Assembly: GCA_965204115.1 (NCBI GenBank)
Contig: OZ241963.1
Span: 468,622 to 532,621 of the forward strand
Source of the DNA: Minisyncoccota bacterium
GTDB lineage: Bacteria; Patescibacteriota; Minisyncoccia; Phycocordibacterales; JABAAK01
DNA: 64,000 nt
Reading direction: 5' to 3'
Part shown: positions 36,294-44,752 of the stretch, piece by piece
Layout of the letters: each line of letters begins with the position of its first letter
Position numbering within the stretch: the first letter of the stretch is position 1
Made by a program: the position numbers and the translations under genes
Notes under the pieces: model-generated
What the model saw: only the letters and a program-made list of their open reading frames with translations
Databases searched by the model: none
What the model was told of the DNA's origin: nothing

Positions 36294-38495
36294 GTGATTT
36301 CCCGAGATGTTTTCGGGAAGGAGGAATGCAGAGTGAGTAGATTGACGGAGATTATAACGGTGATGATTGTGTTTATTGTTTCAGTGGTGCTATTTTCGCC
36401 ATACACCCACGGCGATATTCGATTTGAGGAAGTTTCACACCACGCAGGGATTGTGCGAGTTGGTGAGAGTTGGGGGAATGCTTGGGGTGACTTTAACGGA
36501 GATGGATACCTTGACTTGTGGGCAACGAATCATCGGCATAAGCCGTGTCTCTATCAGAATAACGGTGACGGTACTTTCACGAATGTCATTGACGAGGTTT
36601 GGAACGCGAATCCATCTGCGGACACCCATGGTGTCGCGTGGGCGGATTTTGACAACGATGGTGACCAAGACCTCATTGTTCTGTCAGGCGGTACTGGTGG
36701 TCTTAATAACAGGGCTCGTGATAACAATGCTAATCATTTGTATGTAAATACTGACGGGCAGTTGGTGGAGCGAGCTGCTCATCTCGGCGTGGATTATCCG
36801 CTTTTGCGGGGGAGGACGCCGCTGTGGCTTGATTGGAATGGGGACGGTTTGCTTGATGTTCTATTAACCGGTGTTGCCCGAAAGGATGCATCCGGAGCGC
36901 TTGTCAGATCAACCCTCTTCAGTCAGGTGGATGGACGGTTTAAAGATGTGAACAGTATTTCAGGATTCTCTCTGGAGGAGAGTGTGGAATTTGCGCAACT
37001 AACGCACCTGACCGGTGAAGAGGGATTACACCTCATTTGCGGTTCTCATTCCCATATATATCCCGCTGCTGTGTACGACTTGTCGGGTGCGCTCTTGCAT
37101 AACATAACAGGTGCTTTGAATTTGCAGGGTGGCTTTGTTGTTCAGGATGCCGCAATTGCGGATATGAACGGCGATCTGCTGCCGGACATATTTCTTGCAC
37201 GGGGTATTTATCCGTCCAGTGTTCGTCAGCCGAGTGCGCGTAGGTTGGAACTTAATATTCAGAGCACCTTAGGGGTGCTTCCCCAATCTATCCTTGAGGA
37301 GAAGGGTGTCAGTTTCAGATCTGACGGCGCGGTGTTTTTTGAGGTTTATTCGGAATGGAAGCCGCGTCGTGATTTGGTTAAGATCGGCTCGGGTGGGCAT
37401 CCGGTAACATCTTTTGACAGTGGCATCTTTGCCGGTGTTATGCCGGACCTTAAGGCAGCGTCTTTTAAAGTTCGGCTGTCGCCGAGTAATCCGAGAGCCC
37501 AGGGGTTGCAGGCGCGTCGGGAAAATGAAAAGTTTGGGATTTACATAGGGTACAATGCCCGCACAAAAAAGTGGGAAATCCTTTATCGCAATCTGCCCGC
37601 GACAACATTGGTTGAGGCGGGCAATCCCATAACAGATGTGGAACCATTCAATTTCTTCCCTTCGGTTAATATGCATGGTGATTTGCTGATGCACAAGGGG
37701 AATGATTTTGAGGTGCTGTCTCCGTTGGGTGAAGCAGGGTTTCCGGATTGTCATTCTGTTGCGGCGGGGGACTTTGATAACGATATGGATGTTGATCTGT
37801 ATCTTGTCCGCTCAAGTACGGGTGAAAACCTCCCGAACTGTCTGTATGAGAATAATGGTGTCGGATATTTTATCCGAGTCAGGAATGCTGGCGGAGCGGC
37901 GGCGAATGTGGATGGCAGAGGTCAAAGTGTTACTGTTGCTGATTATGACCGGGACGGCTTCCTTGATCTTTTTGTGACCAACGGGAGAGGGGCGTACCCT
38001 TTCAGTGAAGGCCCCGACCAACTTTTCCGTAACCGTGGTAACAGCAACAACTGGCTTCAGATTGATTTAGAGGGATCTGTTTCCAACAGAGACGGTATCG
38101 GCGCGAAGGTTCTCGTCGTGACACCTGACGGAAAAACACAAGCGCGAGAAAACGGCGGCGGCATCCACTGGGCGCAGCAAGATCAGAAGCGTATTCATTT
38201 CGGGCTTGCGCAGAATGACAGCATTGTTGAGCTGACCGTTTTTTGGCCGAGCGGTATTGTGCAGAGGTTGCGGAATGTGGCGGTAAACCAGGTGCTGCGT
38301 ATTATTGAGACCGATGTTCAGGAGTCCCTCCACGGTGATGTTAATCAAGATGGGGTCGTCAATGTTTTGGATCTTGTTATTGTGGCGAAGCACTTCGGTG
38401 AAAGTCCTCTCGCTGATGTGTCGGCTGATGTGAACAAAGACGGGGCAGTGAATATTCTGGACCTCGTTGCCATCGCAAATGTAATGAGCAAATAA
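36294..38495 (+). CDS. FG-GAP repeat / ASPIC-UnbV (CRTAC1-like) protein with a C-terminal type-I dockerin
   Basis: Multiple FG-GAP Ca-binding loops (FNGDGYLDL, ADFDNDGDQDLIV, LDWNGDGLLDV, GDFDNDMDVDLYLV, ADYDRDGFLDLFVTNG). ASPIC/UnbV signature NRGN..NWLQIDLEG..SNRDGIGAKV...HFGL....ELTVFWPSG. C-terminal DVNQDGVVNVLDLVIVAKHFG and DVNKDGAVNILDLVAIANVM form a dockerin duplicate. Confidence 0.7.
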   Translation: MISRDVFGKEECRVSRLTEIITVMIVFIVSVVLFSPYTHGDIRFEEVSHHAGIVRVGESWGNAWGDFNGDGYLDLWATNHRHKPCLYQNNGDGTFTNVIDEVWNANPSADTHGVAWADFDNDGDQDLIVLSGGTGGLNNRARDNNANHLYVNTDGQLVERAAHLGVDYPLLRGRTPLWLDWNGDGLLDVLLTGVARKDASGALVRSTLFSQVDGRFKDVNSISGFSLEESVEFAQLTHLTGEEGLHLICGSHSHIYPAAVYDLSGALLHNITGALNLQGGFVVQDAAIADMNGDLLPDIFLARGIYPSSVRQPSARRLELNIQSTLGVLPQSILEEKGVSFRSDGAVFFEVYSEWKPRRDLVKIGSGGHPVTSFDSGIFAGVMPDLKAASFKVRLSPSNPRAQGLQARRENEKFGIYIGYNARTKKWEILYRNLPATTLVEAGNPITDVEPFNFFPSVNMHGDLLMHKGNDFEVLSPLGEAGFPDCHSVAAGDFDNDMDVDLYLVRSSTGENLPNCLYENNGVGYFIRVRNAGGAAANVDGRGQSVTVADYDRDGFLDLFVTNGRGAYPFSEGPDQLFRNRGNSNNWLQIDLEGSVSNRDGIGAKVLVVTPDGKTQARENGGGIHWAQQDQKRIHFGLAQNDSIVELTVFWPSGIVQRLRNVAVNQVLRIIETDVQESLHGDVNQDGVVNVLDLVIVAKHFGESPLADVSADVNKDGAVNILDLVAIANVMSK

Positions 38496-38504
38496 CAGTG
38501 TTTA

Positions 38505-38537
38505 CCCGCAGGCAATGTCTGCGGGTCTACTTTTTTG
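38505..38537 (+). terminator. Rho-independent terminator after 36294..38495
   Basis: CCCGCAGGCAATGTCTGCGGG hairpin followed by CTACTTTTTT. Confidence 0.65.
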
Positions 38538-38612
38538 TGGTGTGGCGATTGTTTCTGAGTGATTTCCACACAGTTTATTGCTCTTGCCCGTTGCGGTGTA
38601 TACTTGGTGTGT

Positions 38613-40019
38613 ATGGTTACTGAGAGGGTTTTTATTTTGTCTTTCTTGCTTGCATCTTTTTTTGCTGTTTCTTTGCTTTCTGCTGGTGTTGTGTATGCGC
38701 ATGGGGGTGAGGAGCATGCTGGGTTGGCGTCTGAGGTGAATGTGTGTCATTCGTTGTCGGAGGCGGAGCGAAGAGCATGTTATTCGGCGACCTGTGAAGG
38801 TGGTGTGACGGATGAGTGTCTGGAGGATATTGTTGATGCGGCGGTGGATGGTTCCGGTTTGAGGTTTGCTAATGCTGTGATGGCTGACTTGGAGAGTGCT
38901 GGGCTGTTAGATGATGCTGGCGTGTCTTTGTACGGACTTGCGCAACGAATAGGGGAGGTGATGGCACAGCAATATGTTGATGGCTTAGGGCCTATGACTT
39001 TTATGGATTGTGAGGTTGACCATCATTACGGGTGTCATTATGGGTATTTTGAGAAAGTGCTCTCTGCAGATGGTGTTTCGCTGGACATCATTTCAGCTGT
39101 TATTTGTGATGTGGATACTTCTCAGCAGGATGTGTGTTATCATCGGATGGGGCATATGTTTTTGAAACACCATAACTACTCGCTCTCTCCTGCGCTCTCT
39201 CAGTGCGATGCGTTGCCGAGCGCATTTCGAGCATACTGTTGGGATGGGGTGTTTATGGAGAATGTGAATGAATTTTTCTTCTCCAGGCGTGAGGGAGGTG
39301 ATGGGTTTATCAGTGATGAGCGGCCATTTGCCCCGTGTGATGCTATTGATGAGCGGTATCGTGAGCAGTGTTTTAAGAATCATGGTAGGTATCTGATTTA
39401 TTGGTTTGAGGATGCCCCTTTTGATGTGTTGGATGTTTGTGGTGACATTGAGGTCGGTGAATACGACGAGGTGTGTCGGCACTCAATTCGGGATGCCTCT
39501 TCCGGTGTGGATAGTCACCATACGCATGACGATATGGATACTATGCGTGGTGATGGGGTGGCGGATTCACGGTCATGGTTTCAGAAGCTGATTGACTTTG
39601 TTGTTGGGTTGTTTTCTGGTGGAGGTTCATCGGATCGGGTTGGTTCAGATGGTGAGGCATTTTCACGCATGTTTCCTGATGGTGTTGCACCGAGTGAGGT
39701 GGACCATAGTGTTATGATTTCCTATGAGAATGGGCAGTTTGTGCCGAATGAGGTGCGTATCGCGCCCGGGCAGGCGGTGCTGTGGATGAATAATGATCAG
39801 GTGTTTTGGCCTGCGGGGGATTTGCACCCGACGCACCGTGAATATCCCGGATCAAATATTACGAAGTGTCATACTGATGAGCGGTCAATGATTTTTGACG
39901 CATGTGAGGCGATGGGTCCCGGCGCGGCGTATGCTTTTCGGTTTAATGAAGTCGGTGAGTGGAAATTCCACGACCATATTAATCCAAAAGCGACGGGTAC
40001 GGTGATTGTGTCTCGCTGA
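38613..40019 (+). CDS. Secreted protein: Cys/His-rich module plus a C-terminal His-cluster beta domain; paralog of 34708..36216
   Basis: Signal peptide FILSFLLASFFAVSLLSAGVVYA. Motifs ERRACYSATCEGG, DCEVDHHYGCHYGYFE, CYHRMGHMFL, GVFMEN, FAPCD. C-terminus WPAGDLHPTHREYPGSNITKCHTDE...FHDHINPKATGTVIVSR. Confidence 0.65.
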   Translation: MVTERVFILSFLLASFFAVSLLSAGVVYAHGGEEHAGLASEVNVCHSLSEAERRACYSATCEGGVTDECLEDIVDAAVDGSGLRFANAVMADLESAGLLDDAGVSLYGLAQRIGEVMAQQYVDGLGPMTFMDCEVDHHYGCHYGYFEKVLSADGVSLDIISAVICDVDTSQQDVCYHRMGHMFLKHHNYSLSPALSQCDALPSAFRAYCWDGVFMENVNEFFFSRREGGDGFISDERPFAPCDAIDERYREQCFKNHGRYLIYWFEDAPFDVLDVCGDIEVGEYDEVCRHSIRDASSGVDSHHTHDDMDTMRGDGVADSRSWFQKLIDFVVGLFSGGGSSDRVGSDGEAFSRMFPDGVAPSEVDHSVMISYENGQFVPNEVRIAPGQAVLWMNNDQVFWPAGDLHPTHREYPGSNITKCHTDERSMIFDACEAMGPGAAYAFRFNEVGEWKFHDHINPKATGTVIVSR

Positions 40020-40135
40020 TGGTTGGTGTTTGTGTCTTGTTGCTTTTCTTGCGGTTATTTTTTGTATTTTTTCTGGGGCTGTGTGTTTTAGCGTGTTATA
40101 CTGACATTAGATTTTTTGAAAGGAGGGTTCTACCA

Positions 40136-40237
40136 ATGGCTGAAATTTTTGTTGGTGCTGTTGTTGCCGTGTCACTCATTGTGTTGACGGTGGTTGTTGC
40201 GCAACAGTTGGTTTCTTCCGGCGGCAGGGTGCAGTAG
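40136..40237 (+). CDS. Small hydrophobic peptide, 33 aa; possible
   Basis: A GGAGGG Shine-Dalgarno sits 8 nt upstream of ATG. The product MAEIFVGAVVAVSLIVLTVVVAQQLVSSGGRVQ is a single TM helix. A terminator follows. Confidence 0.3.
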   Translation: MAEIFVGAVVAVSLIVLTVVVAQQLVSSGGRVQ

Positions 40238-40261
40238 AAAGGTGGTGATCCCACATCTTAA

Positions 40262-40300
40262 AGAGCGGCTCTTTTGAGCCGCCTTTTATTTATTTTGTTG
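40262..40300 (+). terminator. Terminator hairpin GCGGCTC-TTTT-GAGCCGC plus T-tract (copy 1 of a duplicated sequence)
   Basis: Seen directly. Follows the plus-strand operon. The identical 18-bp hairpin recurs at 41934..41953. Confidence 0.6.
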
Positions 40301-40313
40301 ACAAAATGGCTTT

Positions 40314-40432
40314 TGCAAATAAAATGCAAAAATATCCTTATTTTAAGGGATATTTTTTTTATTTGCAAACCGCTGTGCAAATAAAATGTGAAAATATCCT
40401 TATTTTAAGGGATATTTTTTTTATTTGTAAAT
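40314..40432. repeat. Two tandem 56-bp nested palindromes with a 63-bp period
   Basis: TTTGCAAATAAAATG(C/T)(A/G)AAAATATCCTTATTTTAAGGGATATTTTTTTTATTTG(C/T)AAA occurs twice. Outer arms TTTGCAAATAAAA / TTTTATTTGCAAA. Inner arms ATATCCTTA / TAAGGGATAT. Confidence 0.8.
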
Positions 40433-40440
40433 ACAGGGTT

Positions 40441-41874
40441 TTATATCAAACGCTTGGATGGAAGGGTGTATAGTGTGCTCTTTTTGCTTCCGTCAGGGCT
40501 GATTCTTTTTAATAGGCCCTTTGCAACCCAGTTCGCGAGTGTGCGTGACATTTCATCTGTCTGAGTGATGCCGGTAATTTCTCGTGCTTTTGCGTTGTCA
40601 ATATGCATTGCATGAGCAAGGTGATTGCGTATCTTTTTCCATTCGCTTGAACACTTTTCATTTTTCAGCACTAGTTTTACGCAGTAGTGCAGGTCTGGGT
40701 ATGTTATGAAAAGAGGCGGGTAGAGATTGTTTTTCTCCATCTCTCCTCGCATTGCTTTGACACTCTCGTTGCGGTCAAGGTTGGGTGGTTCCGGAAAATC
40801 TCTGAGCGTTTTGATTATAAGATCATTTCGGAACCCCATCGCTCGCTCGTTGCCGATGTTGTGTTTTGTTATGTTAAATGGAAATAATCCTGGGTTGGTA
40901 ATTTCGATTCTGTTGGGGAATATGTTAATTTCTATGTCTTGTTTTATGTGGTAGTCGCGGTGTATGATTGCATTGGTTATGCCTTCCTTGACTGCGCGCT
41001 CAGGTAAGGCGAATGATGTCTTGAACCCTGCGCGGATTTCAATTCCTGTGTTTAGAATCTGTAATACCTGCCTCTGTGTTTCTTGTATTACCTGTGTAAT
41101 TGCCCCTTGAATAATTTGTGGCACTCCAGTAAAGTTTGGCGTTTCCCCGAGCACTTCTTCATTTGTTGTGTACACTGCGATTTTTACGGCACATTTTGTT
41201 TCCATAAGGTTGGTTGGGTGTTCGGCGAACAGTAGCACAGCAGCTCGTGTTGGTTTTAGTGTTCCTGTGCGCTCACCCTTTCTCGCCAGTCCTTTTGATT
41301 CCAGAACATGACCGATGCCTTCACCCTTTTCCCTTAGTTTATTCTTTTTTGCCCATTGTTGGTAGTGTGTGGTTTCAAGTAAATCAATGGATACTCGGTC
41401 AACCAATTCTGCTTCTGCCCGCTTAAATCCTTTCGCATAACTGAGCTGTAGGGCTTCATGCGGTGCCAACTCTTTGTTACCTTTGTTGAGACGGATGAAC
41501 ATCCTTTTGTTTACACTGTGAAGTGATTCTTGCGCTTTTGGTATGCGTAGCAGAGCAATGGTTTTATCGTTTGGCGCATGAACTTTTTCACATCGGGTAG
41601 GTATTTGCGGTATGACTTTGCCTAAGCAGCGAATTATTTCGTCAAAATTTTCTTTATTCTCCTCAATGCCAAATATTCGGCCGTGTCCTTTTAGTGTTGT
41701 TTTTTCAGGGTCACTGACCCCTAAGATAATGGTGCCGCCGTCGGCGTTGGCCATTGCCACCGATGCCTGTAAAACAGATTTGACGGTCTTGGAGTCATTG
41801 CCGAGTCGCTTGAATTCAATTTCGTTGCTCTCTTCGGGGATTTCTAATATTTGTTTTATCGATATCGGTTTCAT
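40441..41874 (-). CDS. AlbA_2 (Schlafen-like 'divergent AAA') domain protein with a C-terminal HATPase_c_4/wHTH region; putative nucleic-acid-binding regulator or defence factor
   Basis: N-terminus EIEFKRLGNDSKTVKSVLQASVAMANADGGTIILGVSD matches the AlbA_2 signature. Length 477 aa. The C-terminal region has a helix-turn-helix character (AKAREITGITQTDEMSRTLANWVAKGLLKR). Confidence 0.7.
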   Translation of the reverse strand: MKPISIKQILEIPEESNEIEFKRLGNDSKTVKSVLQASVAMANADGGTIILGVSDPEKTTLKGHGRIFGIEENKENFDEIIRCLGKVIPQIPTRCEKVHAPNDKTIALLRIPKAQESLHSVNKRMFIRLNKGNKELAPHEALQLSYAKGFKRAEAELVDRVSIDLLETTHYQQWAKKNKLREKGEGIGHVLESKGLARKGERTGTLKPTRAAVLLFAEHPTNLMETKCAVKIAVYTTNEEVLGETPNFTGVPQIIQGAITQVIQETQRQVLQILNTGIEIRAGFKTSFALPERAVKEGITNAIIHRDYHIKQDIEINIFPNRIEITNPGLFPFNITKHNIGNERAMGFRNDLIIKTLRDFPEPPNLDRNESVKAMRGEMEKNNLYPPLFITYPDLHYCVKLVLKNEKCSSEWKKIRNHLAHAMHIDNAKAREITGITQTDEMSRTLANWVAKGLLKRISPDGSKKSTLYTLPSKRLI

Positions 41875-41931
41875 AGCAGTACTATATCATTAAATGAAAT
41901 GGTTTGTGTGGAGGGGGTGTCCTGCATTTTA

Positions 41932-41968
41932 GGGGCGGCTCTTTTGAGCCGCTTTTTATTTTTGTTTG
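41932..41968 (+). repeat. Second copy of the terminator-hairpin sequence GGGGCGGCTCTTTTGAGCCGCTTTTTATTTTTG, with no plus-strand gene to terminate
   Basis: Same 18-bp hairpin core and T-tract as 40262..40300. Together they flank the AlbA_2 gene and the tandem palindromes. Confidence 0.6.
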
Positions 41969-42501
41969 TGGTTGCGGTTGAAGGCGGCGATGTAGTTGTC
42001 TATGAGGGTGCGGGTGGATTGTTGGACGGTCATGCCGAGGTTGTAGCAGGTGAGTTGGCGTTCTTTGTCCCCGGTGTCTTGCTGGCTGAGGATGTTGTTT
42101 AGCTTTCCGGATGAGTCCTGTAGGTTGGAGAACATTTTGTTTATAAATTCGGTGAATCGCTCTTTCTCTTCGTGTAGTTCTTCGTGCTGTTCTATATGGT
42201 TCTCTATCTTTGCTGTCAGGAGTGTTGTCCTCTCCATTATGTTGTTGCAGCGCTGGCGGCAACTGTTGCCGTAGGTGGTGGCCTCAAAGTCGCGTATCCT
42301 CGGGTCAATGAGAAGCTCGTTTGCAAAGATGTTTTTCAGTTCGTCAAGGAGGGTGCTCATTGCATCGGCTGCTGTTACTTGTTCTTGTTCGGGCGGTTCC
42401 TGTTCGGTTTTTACCCTTCTCAGTTTTGCTAATAGTTTTTTGATCATACGATTGCAGTATACTCTGTTTTTGTGTGGGTAGTGTGCTTCGGTGTATGGCA
42501 C
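41956..42501 (-). CDS. Hypothetical coiled-coil protein
   Basis: 181-aa ORF. The true start may be the internal MIKKLLAKL. Charged and helical. Confidence 0.35.
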   Translation of the reverse strand: MPYTEAHYPHKNRVYCNRMIKKLLAKLRRVKTEQEPPEQEQVTAADAMSTLLDELKNIFANELLIDPRIRDFEATTYGNSCRQRCNNIMERTTLLTAKIENHIEQHEELHEEKERFTEFINKMFSNLQDSSGKLNNILSQQDTGDKERQLTCYNLGMTVQQSTRTLIDNYIAAFNRNHKQK

Positions 42502-42513
42502 AATGAGGAGTGT

Positions 42514-44451
42514 ATGAGGTTGCGCGATGTTTCACGATTATTGTATTTTGATACTAAGAGGAAGGTGGTTGACAAGAAAGCCGAGCTTACCGAGCATCAG
42601 GCAGATGCCGGTTCGCAGTGGTCCGGTGAGGTTGTGCGACCGCCGCAGTCACGGTATCTCGTGTATTTGGCGGTGGGTACTTTCTTGTTTTTTATTACTG
42701 CTATTGTGACCACATATTTTATTCGGTATGCGGGTATTGATAGGACGGTTTCTCCGGAGAAGATTACGATCGCGACGCAGGGCGCGGCTGTGGCGGATGG
42801 CGGCGCGGCGGTGCCGCTGACGATACGGATTGCGAATCGGAATTCGGTTCCGATAGAAGGGGCGTTGTTGTACATTACGTATCCTTCGGGGACTTACAAG
42901 CAGGGAGATGATGGTGTTGTGTTATTGGAGAATGCGGATAAAGAGTTGCTTTTGGGGGAAGTGGAGCGGGGCGGGATAGTGAATCGGCATATCACACCGG
43001 TTTTTTATGGGGAAAGTGGTGCTACTAAGGAAATCTCCTACTTGTTGGAGTATACCATTCCGGGGGTTGCGAAGCGGCAGACACGACGAGGGTCGCATGA
43101 GGTGTTGCTTCGTACCGCTCCGGTTTTGGTGAGCAAGCCGGAGTATACCGGTGTCGTTGCAGGGAAAGAGGTAACTTTTTCGTTTACTGTGCAGTCAAAT
43201 GCGTCTGCTGTATTGCCGATGGTGTATGTGGACTTGCGGTATCCTGTTGGCTTTACCCCTCGGCGCTATTCGCCGAATCCGGCGAATGTGAGTGCTACCG
43301 AGTGGCGGTTTCCCGGTTTGCAGCCGGGTGCTAAGGAGACCATTACCGTAACCGGGACAATTCGCGGCGGAAGTCAGGCGCTGCAGGCGATTTCTGCGCG
43401 GGCTCGTGTTGCGCCGTATGCGGGTGATCTTACTGATGCGGTTGTTGTTGATGCCGAGGAGGATGAGGTTGCTGTCGCTGATTCGTTTTTTGCTGTGCAG
43501 TTGCGGCTGAACGGGAAGCAGGCGGATCGGATTGTGGTGTCTCCCGGTGATATCGTGCGGGGGAGTATTCGCTGGGTTAATCAGGACTCGTCGCAGCTGC
43601 GTAATGTTGTGCTCACGGCAACCCTTGCCGGAACCGGGCTCGATGAGAGCAGTATCACTCCCGAGGACGGTGGCTTCTTTGATGAGGTTCGGCGGTCGAT
43701 TGTGTGGGATAGGGAGAGTGATTCGTCGTTCTCTTCGGTGCGTGTCGGGGGAAGCGGCACTGCTTCCTTCAGTTTTCGTGTCCTGCCGGATTTAGTTGAG
43801 TTTGCGCAATCGCAGAAGTATATCCAGGTATCTGTTTCTGCAGAGGCGCACCGAACGCATGTCGGGGCAGTGGAGCGTGTTGAGGATATTGTGGTCGGTC
43901 GGGCGGATGTGCGCGGTGTGCTGCGGGTTGTGGGGAGTACCTTGTATTCAACCAGCTCCGTTCGGAACTCCGGCCCGTTGCCACCGCAGGTCGGCAAGGA
44001 GACTACCTATGTCTTGAAGTACTTTTTGAAAAATAGCGGCAATGATCTTTCTCAGGTTGAGCTCATGGTGCCGTTGGGTCGGGGTGTTGTATTGACGGAT
44101 ATTACCTCCGGCGTCGCGTTGAGCGAATGGGAGTATGACGAGTATCAGCATGCTGTGATGGTGCGGTTGCCGTCACTGACGGCGAGCGGTTCCCGATCCA
44201 GCCGCTCTGTTGAGTTTCAGGTTGCGGTTACGCCGCAACGGCAGGATGTCGATCGGCATATTGTTTTGGCGAAGCGGGCGACCTATCGTGCGTCAGATGT
44301 GTATGTGGGGGAGCCGCTTGAGGGGAGTGTTGGGCAGCTGACGACAGAAATTTTTGCTGAGTATGTGAAAGACACGGAGACCGTTGACTATCAGCAGGAG
44401 GTTGAGGGAGACAGGCGGGGGCGGGTGGATATGATTGATATTGTGCAGTAG
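42514..44451 (+). CDS. Hypothetical membrane-anchored protein with beta-sandwich repeats
   Basis: TM helix YLVYLAVGTFLFFITAIVTTYFI, then about 580 aa of repetitive beta-rich sequence (CARDB/DUF11-like in character). No motifs recognised. Confidence 0.5.
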   Translation: MRLRDVSRLLYFDTKRKVVDKKAELTEHQADAGSQWSGEVVRPPQSRYLVYLAVGTFLFFITAIVTTYFIRYAGIDRTVSPEKITIATQGAAVADGGAAVPLTIRIANRNSVPIEGALLYITYPSGTYKQGDDGVVLLENADKELLLGEVERGGIVNRHITPVFYGESGATKEISYLLEYTIPGVAKRQTRRGSHEVLLRTAPVLVSKPEYTGVVAGKEVTFSFTVQSNASAVLPMVYVDLRYPVGFTPRRYSPNPANVSATEWRFPGLQPGAKETITVTGTIRGGSQALQAISARARVAPYAGDLTDAVVVDAEEDEVAVADSFFAVQLRLNGKQADRIVVSPGDIVRGSIRWVNQDSSQLRNVVLTATLAGTGLDESSITPEDGGFFDEVRRSIVWDRESDSSFSSVRVGGSGTASFSFRVLPDLVEFAQSQKYIQVSVSAEAHRTHVGAVERVEDIVVGRADVRGVLRVVGSTLYSTSSVRNSGPLPPQVGKETTYVLKYFLKNSGNDLSQVELMVPLGRGVVLTDITSGVALSEWEYDEYQHAVMVRLPSLTASGSRSSRSVEFQVAVTPQRQDVDRHIVLAKRATYRASDVYVGEPLEGSVGQLTTEIFAEYVKDTETVDYQQEVEGDRRGRVDMIDIVQ

Positions 44452-44752
44452 GGTGTGAGTTACTATAAACATTTTTTTGTCCTGTAAATGCAGGATATTT
44501 TAATTAAAGTCCTTGTTTTATAGGGTTTTATTTTGTTTATAGTAAGTTTTTACTGTATGGTTTGTTTTGTCCTTTGTTTGTGGTATTTTTTGACGACTGT
44601 TGATTTTTATATTGATTTTGCTTGTTATTTTTTGTGATAGTGTTTCGGCGTTACTATGAGTATAATTTTGTCTTTTGTTTATAGGGTATTTTTTCTATCG
44701 TATGTTTTTGTCTTATTTTTCCTTGCTATTTTTTACCTTATAGTATATACTG

